Assembly: GCA_032128875.1 (NCBI GenBank) | Contig: JAVLKG010000015.1 | Coordinates: 1 to 64,000 of the forward strand | Direction of reading: 5' to 3' | DNA length: 64,000 nt | Source of the DNA: Candidatus Melainabacteria bacterium 17Bon1m | GTDB taxonomy: Bacteria; Cyanobacteriota; Vampirovibrionia; Obscuribacterales; Obscuribacteraceae | Shown: piece after piece, positions 1-8,573 of the stretch | Position numbering within the stretch: position 1 is the stretch's first letter | How the letters are laid out: the number at the start of each line of letters is the position of its first letter | Notes under the pieces: model-generated | Database searches by the model: none | What the model was told of the DNA's origin: nothing | The model's input: the letters and a program-made list of their open reading frames with translations, nothing else | Made by a program: the position numbers and the translations under genes

Positions 1-352
1 TCGAAAAGCGAAAATGGCAGAGGTTTTAGCTCGTTCTTTTGAGCAGGACCTGCTACATGGTTTAGTGAAGTCATACGAAAAAATGAAGAGCCGGCGATTG
101 CCGGCCCTTCAAATGAAAACTCGGAACCGGGCATGCTCAATCCCGAGTTTCGTCACAGCGTCACACGAAGTAGAAGCAGATGCCGAGGAGAGTGTAGAAC
201 GCGAGCAGGCCCACACCTTCCAGGTTTGTGCGGGCAAACGCTGCTGAAGCGCCTATCGGCAGACTTTCTTGATAGACAAGACGAAACGGCAGCGCAAGCA
301 CCATGCCTGCGCCACCGTGTTCGTCATTTACCGACATGCTTGCGCGGAGCGT

Positions 353-1009
353 TTACTCCTCGCCCGCGACCATGGCGTGCGCACCCCAGAAGAGTTGCGA
401 CTCCATGTAGTCCTCGGCAGTGAACTGCCGCGCAGTGCCGCCGACACCTTCCGGTCGATTGAAGAACGCGGCGTGGTTGCGCGCCATCGCCGGCGGTGCC
501 ATGGGTTCGTCCTTCTCGGTGATGTGCGCGTTGACAGTGATCACCTGCCAATCAGCGTCCACCGTCTCCGGCTCGGACTTTCCGGGTGGCGTCCAGGTGC
601 GCTCTTCGAGCTTCAGTGCATCCTTGTGGTAGAGGATGACGTCCACCCATTTGGACGGCGTCTTCTTGGCGCCGACCACGACCGACTGGATGTACGGCGC
701 TTCGCCGGGCAGACCACCCGGGCGAATGCCGACAGTGCTGCGCACTTCCATACCCGCTTCGAGCTTGACGATGCTGGTGTAGAAGCGACCCTCGCAGACA
801 GCTTCGGGCAGCCTCAACTTGATGATGAGCCCGTCGGGGCGCACCACCGTGACAGCAGCGCCGTCGGCAGCCAGGCATGCGCCGACGAGCTTCAGCAGCT
901 CATCGAACGTGTTGCCCGTCGCCGGCTCGAAGTGCGTGAAACGCGACTTGGCGGTTTGCCGGTACACCATCGGGTTGAGCCCGACCGTGCACGATTTGTA
1001 CTTGCTCAT
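353..1009 (-). CDS. DUF3228-like hypothetical protein
   Basis: 218-aa ORF with GC-rich codon bias and an AAAGGAG RBS. Motifs VDVILY, DADWQVITV, EPMAP, GxGG and ESQLFWGAHA match my recollection of DUF3228. Confidence 0.65.
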   Translation of the reverse strand: MSKYKSCTVGLNPMVYRQTAKSRFTHFEPATGNTFDELLKLVGACLAADGAAVTVVRPDGLIIKLRLPEAVCEGRFYTSIVKLEAGMEVRSTVGIRPGGLPGEAPYIQSVVVGAKKTPSKWVDVILYHKDALKLEERTWTPPGKSEPETVDADWQVITVNAHITEKDEPMAPPAMARNHAAFFNRPEGVGGTARQFTAEDYMESQLFWGAHAMVAGEE

Positions 1010-1119
1010 TCGCTTTGCTCCTTTCTATCAGAGTTTTTCGATTCAGATTCAGGAGTGAGCCACCGGCGGCTGGCAGCGAAACTTGCTGCCAACCGCCCTG
1101 CTTCAACATCCTCCAGCGA

Positions 1120-2652
1120 CTAGCAGCAGTCCTTGCCGCCAGCCACCACGGGCGCCACCGCCGGTTTCACCGAGGAGGCGTCAGCTTCGAGCGAAGCCAG
1201 CGCAGCCTTGATGTCATCCGGCGTCATCTTGCGGTAGTCCTCCACGCGCTCGTCGAACCACTTCTCGGCGCCGGCGGCATCGGTGAATTCACCATCCGCC
1301 TGCGCGTCGAAAGCATGCTCTTTGATGACGCGGAAGATGGGGCCCGGCTTGAAGCCCCTCGCGATGATCATCTTGCCGTCCAGCAACTGCGCAGCGTTGG
1401 GCCGCATCGTCGGGGACGGGTCGTTTCTCATCGCCTCCAGCAAGTTCAGGTAGTACTCCCGGTTGGAGTCTGCCTGGCGATCAGCCAGCGGCCTGCCGGT
1501 ACCCATCGAGTCGGCGTGCTGCATCTTGATCAGGTCCATGATGTCGGGACGCGACATCAACTTGACCATCTTCTTGCGGCTGATCTTCGGGTCGTTGTAG
1601 TCGTGCATCTGCATGTGCAGGCGCACGATTTCCGAGACCCGGTGCGTCGTGTCGGACGACAGCTTCAGCCGGCGGCAGATGACTTTCGCCATCTCGCAAC
1701 CGACCTCGGCATGCCCCTTGTTGCTGACGCGAACCACCTCCTTGCCGTCGATGATTTCGACGCGGGTGGTCATGGTGCGCGGCTTGGCGATGTCGTGGAG
1801 CAGCACGCCGAGCATGAACTCGAACGACTTCTCCGCTTCCATCGCTGCCACCGCAACCACCATCAGGGTGTGCACCCAGGCGAGACCTTCCGGGTGCCAG
1901 ATGGGATCACCCATCGCATTCTCGCCGACCATCTCCAGCATCTCGGGCACGAACTGCGCCATCAGCCCGGTATCCATCAGGATCTCGAGACCGGTGACCG
2001 GGTCCTTGCTGAGCAAGATGCCTTCCAGCTCCGCGGCGATTCTCTCGAACGCGACGCCCGGCCGGAGAGTCGGAGCGTACGTTTTCAGCGCAGCCGTCAA
2101 GGCGGGGTCCACCTTGAAGCCGAGCTTGGCAGCGAAACGCGCCACCCGCATCATGCGCAGGCGGTCTTCGGCAATGCGCTGGGCCGGGTCGCCAACCGCA
2201 CGGATGATGCGGTTTTTGATGTCCTGGCGCCCGCCGAAGAAGTCGAAGATTTCTCCCGTGAACGGGTCTTCGAACATCGCGTTGATGGTCAGGTCACGCC
2301 GCTCCGCGTCCCTCTTGAGCGCTTCCATGGGGTCGAGCCCGCTCAGGAGAATGACGGAGTCAGGGCGACGGTCGTCGCTGTACTGCCCGTCACCGCGGAA
2401 CGTCGCGATTTCGATCTGGACACCTTCGCGCACGACGATGATGATGCCGAAGGCCTCACCGACCAAAAGGCACGTGTCGTTCTTGAAGATTTCCTTGATC
2501 TCTGCAGGAGTTGCGTTGGTCGCGACGTCGTAATCCTTGGGAGTCTTCCTCAGGATTCGATCTCGCACGCAGCCCCCGGCGAACACGGCAAACTTGCCGT
2601 TCTTCTTGAGCTGCCTTACGACAGCCTTGCCGATTCTTCTGTCTTTGTTCAT
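1120..2652 (-). CDS. cca: CCA tRNA nucleotidyltransferase (class II) with HD domain
   Basis: Motifs AGGCVRD, KDYDVAT, EIATFR, RRDLTINAM, EDRLRMMR, ERIAAEL and LLHDIAKP. Start moved to ATG 2652, which has a GGAGGA RBS. Confidence 0.9.
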   Translation of the reverse strand: MNKDRRIGKAVVRQLKKNGKFAVFAGGCVRDRILRKTPKDYDVATNATPAEIKEIFKNDTCLLVGEAFGIIIVVREGVQIEIATFRGDGQYSDDRRPDSVILLSGLDPMEALKRDAERRDLTINAMFEDPFTGEIFDFFGGRQDIKNRIIRAVGDPAQRIAEDRLRMMRVARFAAKLGFKVDPALTAALKTYAPTLRPGVAFERIAAELEGILLSKDPVTGLEILMDTGLMAQFVPEMLEMVGENAMGDPIWHPEGLAWVHTLMVVAVAAMEAEKSFEFMLGVLLHDIAKPRTMTTRVEIIDGKEVVRVSNKGHAEVGCEMAKVICRRLKLSSDTTHRVSEIVRLHMQMHDYNDPKISRKKMVKLMSRPDIMDLIKMQHADSMGTGRPLADRQADSNREYYLNLLEAMRNDPSPTMRPNAAQLLDGKMIIARGFKPGPIFRVIKEHAFDAQADGEFTDAAGAEKWFDERVEDYRKMTPDDIKAALASLEADASSVKPAVAPVVAGGKDCC

Positions 2653-2788
2653 ATCGATTGTCCTCCGGTTAGAGGTTTCGTTACTTGGAACGCTGATGCG
2701 CAACAGCCACGGGGGCTGTTGTGACTGTCTGAGCAATCAGCGCTCGCTGACTGCCGCTTGCTTCTCTCAAGGCAGGCCAAAGGGCGAT

Positions 2789-2872
2789 GCATGGCATCGC
2801 CCCTAAAGGCGAATTACGCATGGCATCGCTCTACAGGCGAATTACGAGTGGCGTCGCCTGAAGGCGAACTAC
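2789..2872. repeat. Three tandem 27-29 bp hairpin-bearing repeats
   Basis: GCATGGCATCGCCCCTAAAGGCGAATTAC / GCATGGCATCGCTCTACAGGCGAATTAC / GAGTGGCGTCGCCTGAAGGCGAACTAC. Confidence 0.85.
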
Positions 2873-2910
2873 CAATCTTGCTTGCCTCTCAAGAGTTCGC
2901 GACGGTCAGT

Positions 2911-3627
2911 TCAGGCTGCGTGCCTGTCTGCCCGCCACTGGTGCCCGCGAAAGAGCCCGCGCACATGCGTGGGGTTTGGCGAGCGGAACGCGTCGTAGTT
3001 ATCGCGGTGCGGACGGTCCCACCAGCGACTCTCCGGCGGCACGTCGCCGTCGAAGACGTAGAAGCCGTCGTGAAGGCGAATGACCTGCAGGCAGATTTCG
3101 CCTTCGAGCGTCGGGTGCACGTAGCTGCCGTCCTTGAGATACAGCTTGTCGCCGCTGCGCCCGAGCTGCTTCATGTCCACGAAACCCCAGCTTCCGCGGG
3201 GGATGGAGTGAAGCTCTCCAGCGAAGCGCGCATGATCGTGACCCCACGCGCAGATGCCGATGATGCGGCCGCCGTGGATGGGATCGCGATGACGTTCGAT
3301 GCCGCGGTTGAGGCTGCGGACATAGACGCCATAGTCGTGCGGGTAGCTGTAGGTGTCGCTGTGGTTGTAGTTCCACCAGCGGTTGGACATGAAGACGTTG
3401 TCGTCGTAGACGTGCACGAGATCTTCCACCTTCACGACTGCGAGAGTCGCATCGTCATCCATTTCGGATTTGACGATGGTTTCGCGCTCGAAGAAAAGGT
3501 GCTCGCCGTCACGACGAAGACGGTTGGGCGATGTCCAGCCGAAGCTGCCGTTGGGCATCCGGTCGATGGAACCCGCATAGGTCGCGAGACCAGCGAAAGG
3601 AAATGCCTTCGAGAGTGCTTTTGTCAT
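2911..3627 (-). CDS. Hypothetical protein with an internal domain duplication
   Basis: Codon-biased ORF with GGAG RBS before ATG 3627. The two halves are similar (AGSIDRMPNGSFGW...LRRDGEHLFF vs AGELHSIPRGSWGF...LGRSGDKLYL). Confidence 0.75.
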   Translation of the reverse strand: MTKALSKAFPFAGLATYAGSIDRMPNGSFGWTSPNRLRRDGEHLFFERETIVKSEMDDDATLAVVKVEDLVHVYDDNVFMSNRWWNYNHSDTYSYPHDYGVYVRSLNRGIERHRDPIHGGRIIGICAWGHDHARFAGELHSIPRGSWGFVDMKQLGRSGDKLYLKDGSYVHPTLEGEICLQVIRLHDGFYVFDGDVPPESRWWDRPHRDNYDAFRSPNPTHVRGLFRGHQWRADRHAA

Positions 3628-4141
3628 CTTCAACTCCATAGTTGAGTGTTTCACAACGCGTCGCATGAAGCCACACCACAAACGTGCTCACGCTGTTGCG
3701 CGAGGGCGTCTCTGGAATGGCTCAGGCAGACAAGCTCCATCACCTGTATCCGCTCTCAAACAAGCTCGAGTCAAACCGAAACCAGCCGAAGCAACATAGT
3801 TGCCGGAGCGGGAGCCCAGAGTGAGAGTCTATGTTTGGGTTTGGATGGATGTACTGACTTAGTTGCAGGTGAAAAAGAGTACTTACGGTGTAGCAGAGCC
3901 TTTGGTTGAATCGGAAATATTCGTGCTTGAAGAAAAAACGCCCGCCTGTGCGTTTCTTAATAGGCCCAGTCATGGTCTTGAGCTGTCACCAATTAGCGTA
4001 CGATCTCGATCTAATTAGTAGAAGCCGCACTAGACTTCCCTTCTCGCCGTTCTGCATAGCCTCGTTAAGCGGCGCTAATGTTTAACGGTTTTGCTCATTT
4101 TCTCGCCTTGTACCCCTCCTCCAATTCGAATTTTGCCTTCT

Positions 4142-4302
4142 CTCCGAAAACCAGGAATTTTTCGGAGTGCTGAGGTCTCGAATCGCCTGACTGGTAAGCG
4201 TTTTCGGGGAAATAGAGATTGGTGTAGGCGGAAAGCCTGAAAAGCCTTGCTGGAGTTTGATATCCGGGCTTTGGTGCTCCGAAAAACGGAGATTTTTCGG
4301 AG
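4142..4302. repeat. Dispersed ~160-bp non-coding element, copy 1
   Basis: CTCCGAAAA-N8-TTTTCGGAG at 4142-4167 and 4277-4302. The reverse complement aligns without gaps to 28450-28610. Confidence 0.85.
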
Positions 4303-4396
4303 TGAAAGGAGGGGGTGAAACTTTGATCTATGCGCGGTCGAGATTCACGCGAGAAAAAGGCAGTGATCAGAAGAAACTTTCAGCTTAATTGATCAA

Positions 4397-4561
4397 GAAA
4401 CTCAAATGCGATTTAAAAAAGCACCTTAGCTTTCAGATCAAAACATCCAATGGGATCTGAAAAAGCATTTTGGTTTTCACTTGAAAAACATCGAATGCGA
4501 CTTGAGAAAGCATCTTGGCCTTCACGTCGAAAACATCAAATGCGATGTGAAATGCATTTTG
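4397..4561. repeat. Degenerate 45-bp tandem repeat, about 3.7 copies
   Basis: Units start at 4397, 4441, 4486 and 4531. Consensus is approximately AAACATCNAATGCGATNTGANAAAGCATYTTGGNYTTCAC. Confidence 0.85.
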
Positions 4562-5170
4562 TTCGTGCGAGCGGAGATGAAACGCGCCCCCGCGTGCCTG
4601 AGCCAAATCACGCGAGCTTTCTTTGCAAAGGAACATTAGAGACTGCGCTAGCTACGTTAGCGGGCGTTCATAAATGCCCGGCATAAGTATTAAGCTCGAA
4701 ATTTAAAAGCTTTTCTGCAAACCAAGGGCCTGTCCGAGTTTCAAAAAAGGCCTAAGAGCAAGCGCCTGCTTGATGCTTTCTTGACTTCCGGGTGTCGCTA
4801 ATGCCTAGTGTGCAAATACCATCTGCATTTCTTCTACAAGAACCACTTCCGATACCGACCAAAAGCTGACACTTAGCGATTCTCCAAACTTCAACCTCCT
4901 GGCTCACACCAGGCTGTGCGAAGACGTGTCGCGTGTTGTCTTTTCGAAGCATTAGCCAACAGGCGCCACTTCGCGCTCCTGGTGAAAGCTTTCGGGTTGG
5001 ACTGAGGCGCGCTCCGTGCGTTTCAGTGATTGGCGGCGGTTGGACGTGGAAGCGTGCAATGGAGCGAAGCAGGCGGCATGGTGCCGTTTGCAATCTGTGT
5101 AAACCGGCAACGCGCGAAGAGGCTCATGTTGAGCCTCTTTTCGTTTAGCCACAAACGAAAGGTGAAAACT

Positions 5171-7234
5171 ATGAATCGTTCCAAGAACAACATCAAGCTG
5201 CCGGTCGGTCGTCGTCTGGGTGCGGTGACGCTCCCCACCGCCACCTCCGCCGGCAACGAACACCACACGCAAGTCGTCGTGGTGGGCAAGGGCACCGAGA
5301 ACTTCCAGTTCCCGAGCCCGACCACGCTCGTCTCCAACGCGCTGCAGCGTGACGAAGCGAAGAAGGCGAAGGGCAAGGGCAAGGGCAAGAGCAAGAGCAA
5401 TAAGGTTCCCAAGGAGCCGGCCGGCAGCAAGCAGATCGTCGACCACGAGACGGCTCTGCAGGAAGCCGAGCGCTTCAAGCACCACACGCCCGTCTCGGCC
5501 GAAACCCGTTCGGCCTGGCAGGAAGCTTCGCCCCGCGCGCAAGCGCTCAAGGCGACTTTCCAGGGCTCGGTCCGTGAGCTGCTCGCCACCATGACCTCCG
5601 GCGCCGACAACGACGAGATCGTTTCGAACCTTGAGGGACTCGGCACGGGCAACCGCGTCATCACGGTCCTGCCGCAGGGCGAGACGAAGGAGTCGTACAC
5701 CGACGGCAAGACCCTGCTGGCGGTGGCGGACATGATGCAGAAGGACATGATGGCTCGTCAGTTCGATGGTCTTTACGAGGCCCGTTTCGGTCGCCTCGTG
5801 ACCGCCGTCGAATGGGCGCTGGGCAACATGGAGTCGGAGTACCAGCCGGCGTTCCAGAGCCTCAATGCTCAGCTCGAGAAGCTCATCGAGAGCTACAAGG
5901 AGGCCCTGCCGAAGCTGATCGCCGAACTGTCGAAGCGCAATCCCGGCGCTCCGCTGATGGCGATCGTGCAGAAGGCGATCGAGCTGCTCGACGAAGAGCT
6001 CGCGCAAATCCTGTACGTCCTGCGGGTGTACACGGACTGCGTGGAGCAGCGTCGTGACGGCAAGTTCGCTCGCCAGCTCAACAGCTGCGCGTTCTTCTTC
6101 AAGTGCGTCCACCAGCTCTACTGGACGGGCGACATGGAGAACGCTCTGAAGGGCAAGGCGACGTCGCCCATCAAGGGCGGCGCCGAGCAGGTCGGTGCGG
6201 TGTTCCTCGCTCGTGTGACGGCGTCGGGGCTGGCGACCATCCCCGGCTCGCGCGGACCGATCGGCGCTCACGCGCTGCAGGTTCCGTACGAGATGCTGGA
6301 CTTCCTCGTCATCAACTTCCCGCTCTTCTGCCACGAGTCCCGGCACAACGTCTACCACGACGTGGTCGGTCTCGAGCAGCAGGCGACGAAGGCGATGCAG
6401 AAGGACATCCTCGCCGCCATCAAGTCCGGTGCGGTCAAGCTGTCGGTGTCGACCATCACCGTCGGCAAGCAGAAGATCCCTGCTGACCAGATGTTCGCGA
6501 AGATCATCACCGACTGGCTCGGCGAGATCGACGCGGACGGCATCGCGGTTCTGTTCACCGGCGAGGCGTTCGGTGACAGCATGATCTCGTCGTTCCCCGC
6601 GATGATGATCCGCGACGCTGCGGTGTCGACGAAGACCAATCTTCTGCGCACCTCGTCGCACTTCGACCTGGTGAAGACGAAGAGCGGCGTCGCGCTGCAG
6701 TTCGAACCGCACCCGGTGGACTACGTTCGCGTCTACTTCGTGGCAGCCCTGTTCGACGAGATCGGCTTCCCCGAAGCCGCCACTCGTCTCAGGAAGCTGG
6801 CCGACTTCGCGGTCGGTGACGAGATTCCGGAGAACATCACGTTCGAGCACTCCGACGAGGAGGGCAAGGTCGACCTCACCATCGAAGTCCCGACCAAGGA
6901 CTTCCTGGCGTTGGCCGCGACCGTGATGAAGTCGCTCATCCGGACCAAGCACGAGGCGCTCGGGGGCAACTCCAACGGCGATCTCGTGATGTGGACTGCC
7001 AAGCGGCAGGAGAAGGTCGTCCTGCTGAAGGACTTGCTCAAGGCCGGCAAGAACGAAGTGCCGACCGACAAGGGTGACATCCACGTCACCTACGTCGCTG
7101 CCGCGGCTATCTCGGCTGTCTTCGACCTCGTTCGCGAGGGCAAGGCGACCGACGATACGCTCAAGCAGGTGAGCGAGAACGCGATGGTGATGCTGGAAAC
7201 CTTGAAGGCGCGAGCCGACAAGGCCAAGGCCTAA
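5171..7234 (+). CDS. Large hypothetical protein, putative HExxH zinc metallopeptidase-like
   Basis: 687 aa from ATG 5171 (AAGGTG RBS) with strong codon bias. Contains CHESRH (HExxH), WLGEIDAD (ExxAD) and HPVDYVR. Confidence 0.7.
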   Translation: MNRSKNNIKLPVGRRLGAVTLPTATSAGNEHHTQVVVVGKGTENFQFPSPTTLVSNALQRDEAKKAKGKGKGKSKSNKVPKEPAGSKQIVDHETALQEAERFKHHTPVSAETRSAWQEASPRAQALKATFQGSVRELLATMTSGADNDEIVSNLEGLGTGNRVITVLPQGETKESYTDGKTLLAVADMMQKDMMARQFDGLYEARFGRLVTAVEWALGNMESEYQPAFQSLNAQLEKLIESYKEALPKLIAELSKRNPGAPLMAIVQKAIELLDEELAQILYVLRVYTDCVEQRRDGKFARQLNSCAFFFKCVHQLYWTGDMENALKGKATSPIKGGAEQVGAVFLARVTASGLATIPGSRGPIGAHALQVPYEMLDFLVINFPLFCHESRHNVYHDVVGLEQQATKAMQKDILAAIKSGAVKLSVSTITVGKQKIPADQMFAKIITDWLGEIDADGIAVLFTGEAFGDSMISSFPAMMIRDAAVSTKTNLLRTSSHFDLVKTKSGVALQFEPHPVDYVRVYFVAALFDEIGFPEAATRLRKLADFAVGDEIPENITFEHSDEEGKVDLTIEVPTKDFLALAATVMKSLIRTKHEALGGNSNGDLVMWTAKRQEKVVLLKDLLKAGKNEVPTDKGDIHVTYVAAAAISAVFDLVREGKATDDTLKQVSENAMVMLETLKARADKAKA

Positions 7235-7282
7235 CCGTCGCCCTGGGGTCTCAGCGCAGGGATGCGCCGAGATATAAAAACG

Positions 7283-7306
7283 GACCGGCGCAATTCCGCG
7301 CCGGTC
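7283..7306 (+). other. Intergenic GC-rich stem-loop
   Basis: GACCGGCGC-AATTCC-GCGCCGGTC. Confidence 0.6.
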
Positions 7307-7402
7307 TTACTGTCTGTGTAACTCGAAGCCGGCATGCGCAGGGGCAGGAGCAAAGTGCTCCTGCCCTTTTGCGTGCGCCGAGAAAAACTGGAGAAATTTC
7401 CT

Positions 7403-8464
7403 ATGGCAGAAATCATCGCAACAGTCGCTGCTTTCCTCGGGGGCGCTTACGCTCTCGTCAAAGGCATTCTCATCCTCGTGCTGCTCGTCGTGTGCATCAT
7501 GGCGGTGATGAGCGTCATCGGTCTTATCGCTTCGCGCGGTAAGTCCGTTTCGAGCAAGTTTCGCAAGAAGCATGGGCTCATGCTCTATCACGACAAGACC
7601 ACCGACGTCGACGTATCGACGGCGATCAAGTGTCGCGAGAAGGGCGGCTATCTCACCGCCGATCCCGCCGATGACGAGAACGCTGCCACTCCCGACGCGC
7701 TCTGCGCCACCGAGAAGCCGGTCGCGGTCCTGCGCTTCACCGGCGATACGATGGCCAACGGACGACACACGTTCTCGCGTCTGGTCGACGAGGTCGTCCT
7801 CAACAAGGCCAAGTTCGGCGGCGTCGTTGTCGTCGTCGAATCGCCTGGCGGCGGCGTCTCGGTGTACGGTCTCATGTACGCCCAGGTGCTCCGTCTCAAG
7901 GACGCCGGGCTGCATGTGCGCGTCTGCGTCGACAACGTGGCGGCGTCGGGCGGCTACCTCATGAGCCTTCCGGCGGACGTCATCATGGCGGCGCCCCTGT
8001 CGATGGTCGGCTCCATCGGCGTCGTGTCCGAGTTCTTGAACTTCCACGAGTTCCTGACCGCCATCGGCATCACGCCGCTGACCCTGACGGCCGGCGCGCG
8101 CAAGCGCACGCTGACTCCGTTCGGTGCGGTCGACCAGGGCAAGATCGACGACTACACCAAGCAGCTCGTCTCCATCCACGACCAGTTCAAGGCGCTCGTC
8201 GCTCGCCACCGGCCCAACGCCAAGTTGGAGCTGGTCGGTGAAGGCGATCACTGGACGGCGCAGGAGTCGGTCGCTCTGGGTCTCGGTCTGGTCGATGAAA
8301 TCGGCACGAGCGCTGACTACCTGCTCAAGCTGAACATGGACCGCAACCTGGTCTTCATCAGCGAGAAGAAGAACCGCTTCGAAGGCGGTCTGCTCAAGCT
8401 GGTGACGGGCAGCCTCGACCACGTGCTCGCCCGCATCGCCGAGCGTACCAACCGGATCAGCTAA
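7403..8464 (+). CDS. sohB: S49 family peptidase (SohB/SppA-like)
   Basis: N-terminal TM segment; motifs ESPGG, YGL, VAASGGYLM, GSIGV, TAGARKRTLT and LGLVDEIGTS. Confidence 0.85.
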   Translation: MAEIIATVAAFLGGAYALVKGILILVLLVVCIMAVMSVIGLIASRGKSVSSKFRKKHGLMLYHDKTTDVDVSTAIKCREKGGYLTADPADDENAATPDALCATEKPVAVLRFTGDTMANGRHTFSRLVDEVVLNKAKFGGVVVVVESPGGGVSVYGLMYAQVLRLKDAGLHVRVCVDNVAASGGYLMSLPADVIMAAPLSMVGSIGVVSEFLNFHEFLTAIGITPLTLTAGARKRTLTPFGAVDQGKIDDYTKQLVSIHDQFKALVARHRPNAKLELVGEGDHWTAQESVALGLGLVDEIGTSADYLLKLNMDRNLVFISEKKNRFEGGLLKLVTGSLDHVLARIAERTNRIS

Positions 8465-8573
8465 CGCTGTCCGAATCCTGTAACCGCGCTGTGTTCAGAC
8501 AAACAGCAAGGTTCTAACCGCGGGCGCTCAACTTCGAGCGCTCGCAAATAGTCTGGTAAGGAGATCTGATCGT

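Noticed and set aside
1120-2652. Poly(A) polymerase (pcnB) call
   Set aside because: It lacks the PAP signature (has LVGEAF rather than xxG[RK]RF) and carries an HD domain, which favours a tRNA nucleotidyltransferase.
1015-2724. 569-aa + strand ORF (likewise 269-1123 and 2758-3645)
   Set aside because: Antisense shadows of GC3-biased minus-strand genes, with no motifs.
3740-3973. 77-aa ORF
   Set aside because: No clear RBS, motif or codon bias.
4397-4561. CRISPR array
   Set aside because: The units are contiguous and similar throughout, with no unique spacers, and no cas genes are present.
4952-7084. 710-aa minus-strand ORF (likewise 7307-8422, 8589-9470, 46688-47392 and 51816-52448)
   Set aside because: Antisense shadows of better-supported genes.
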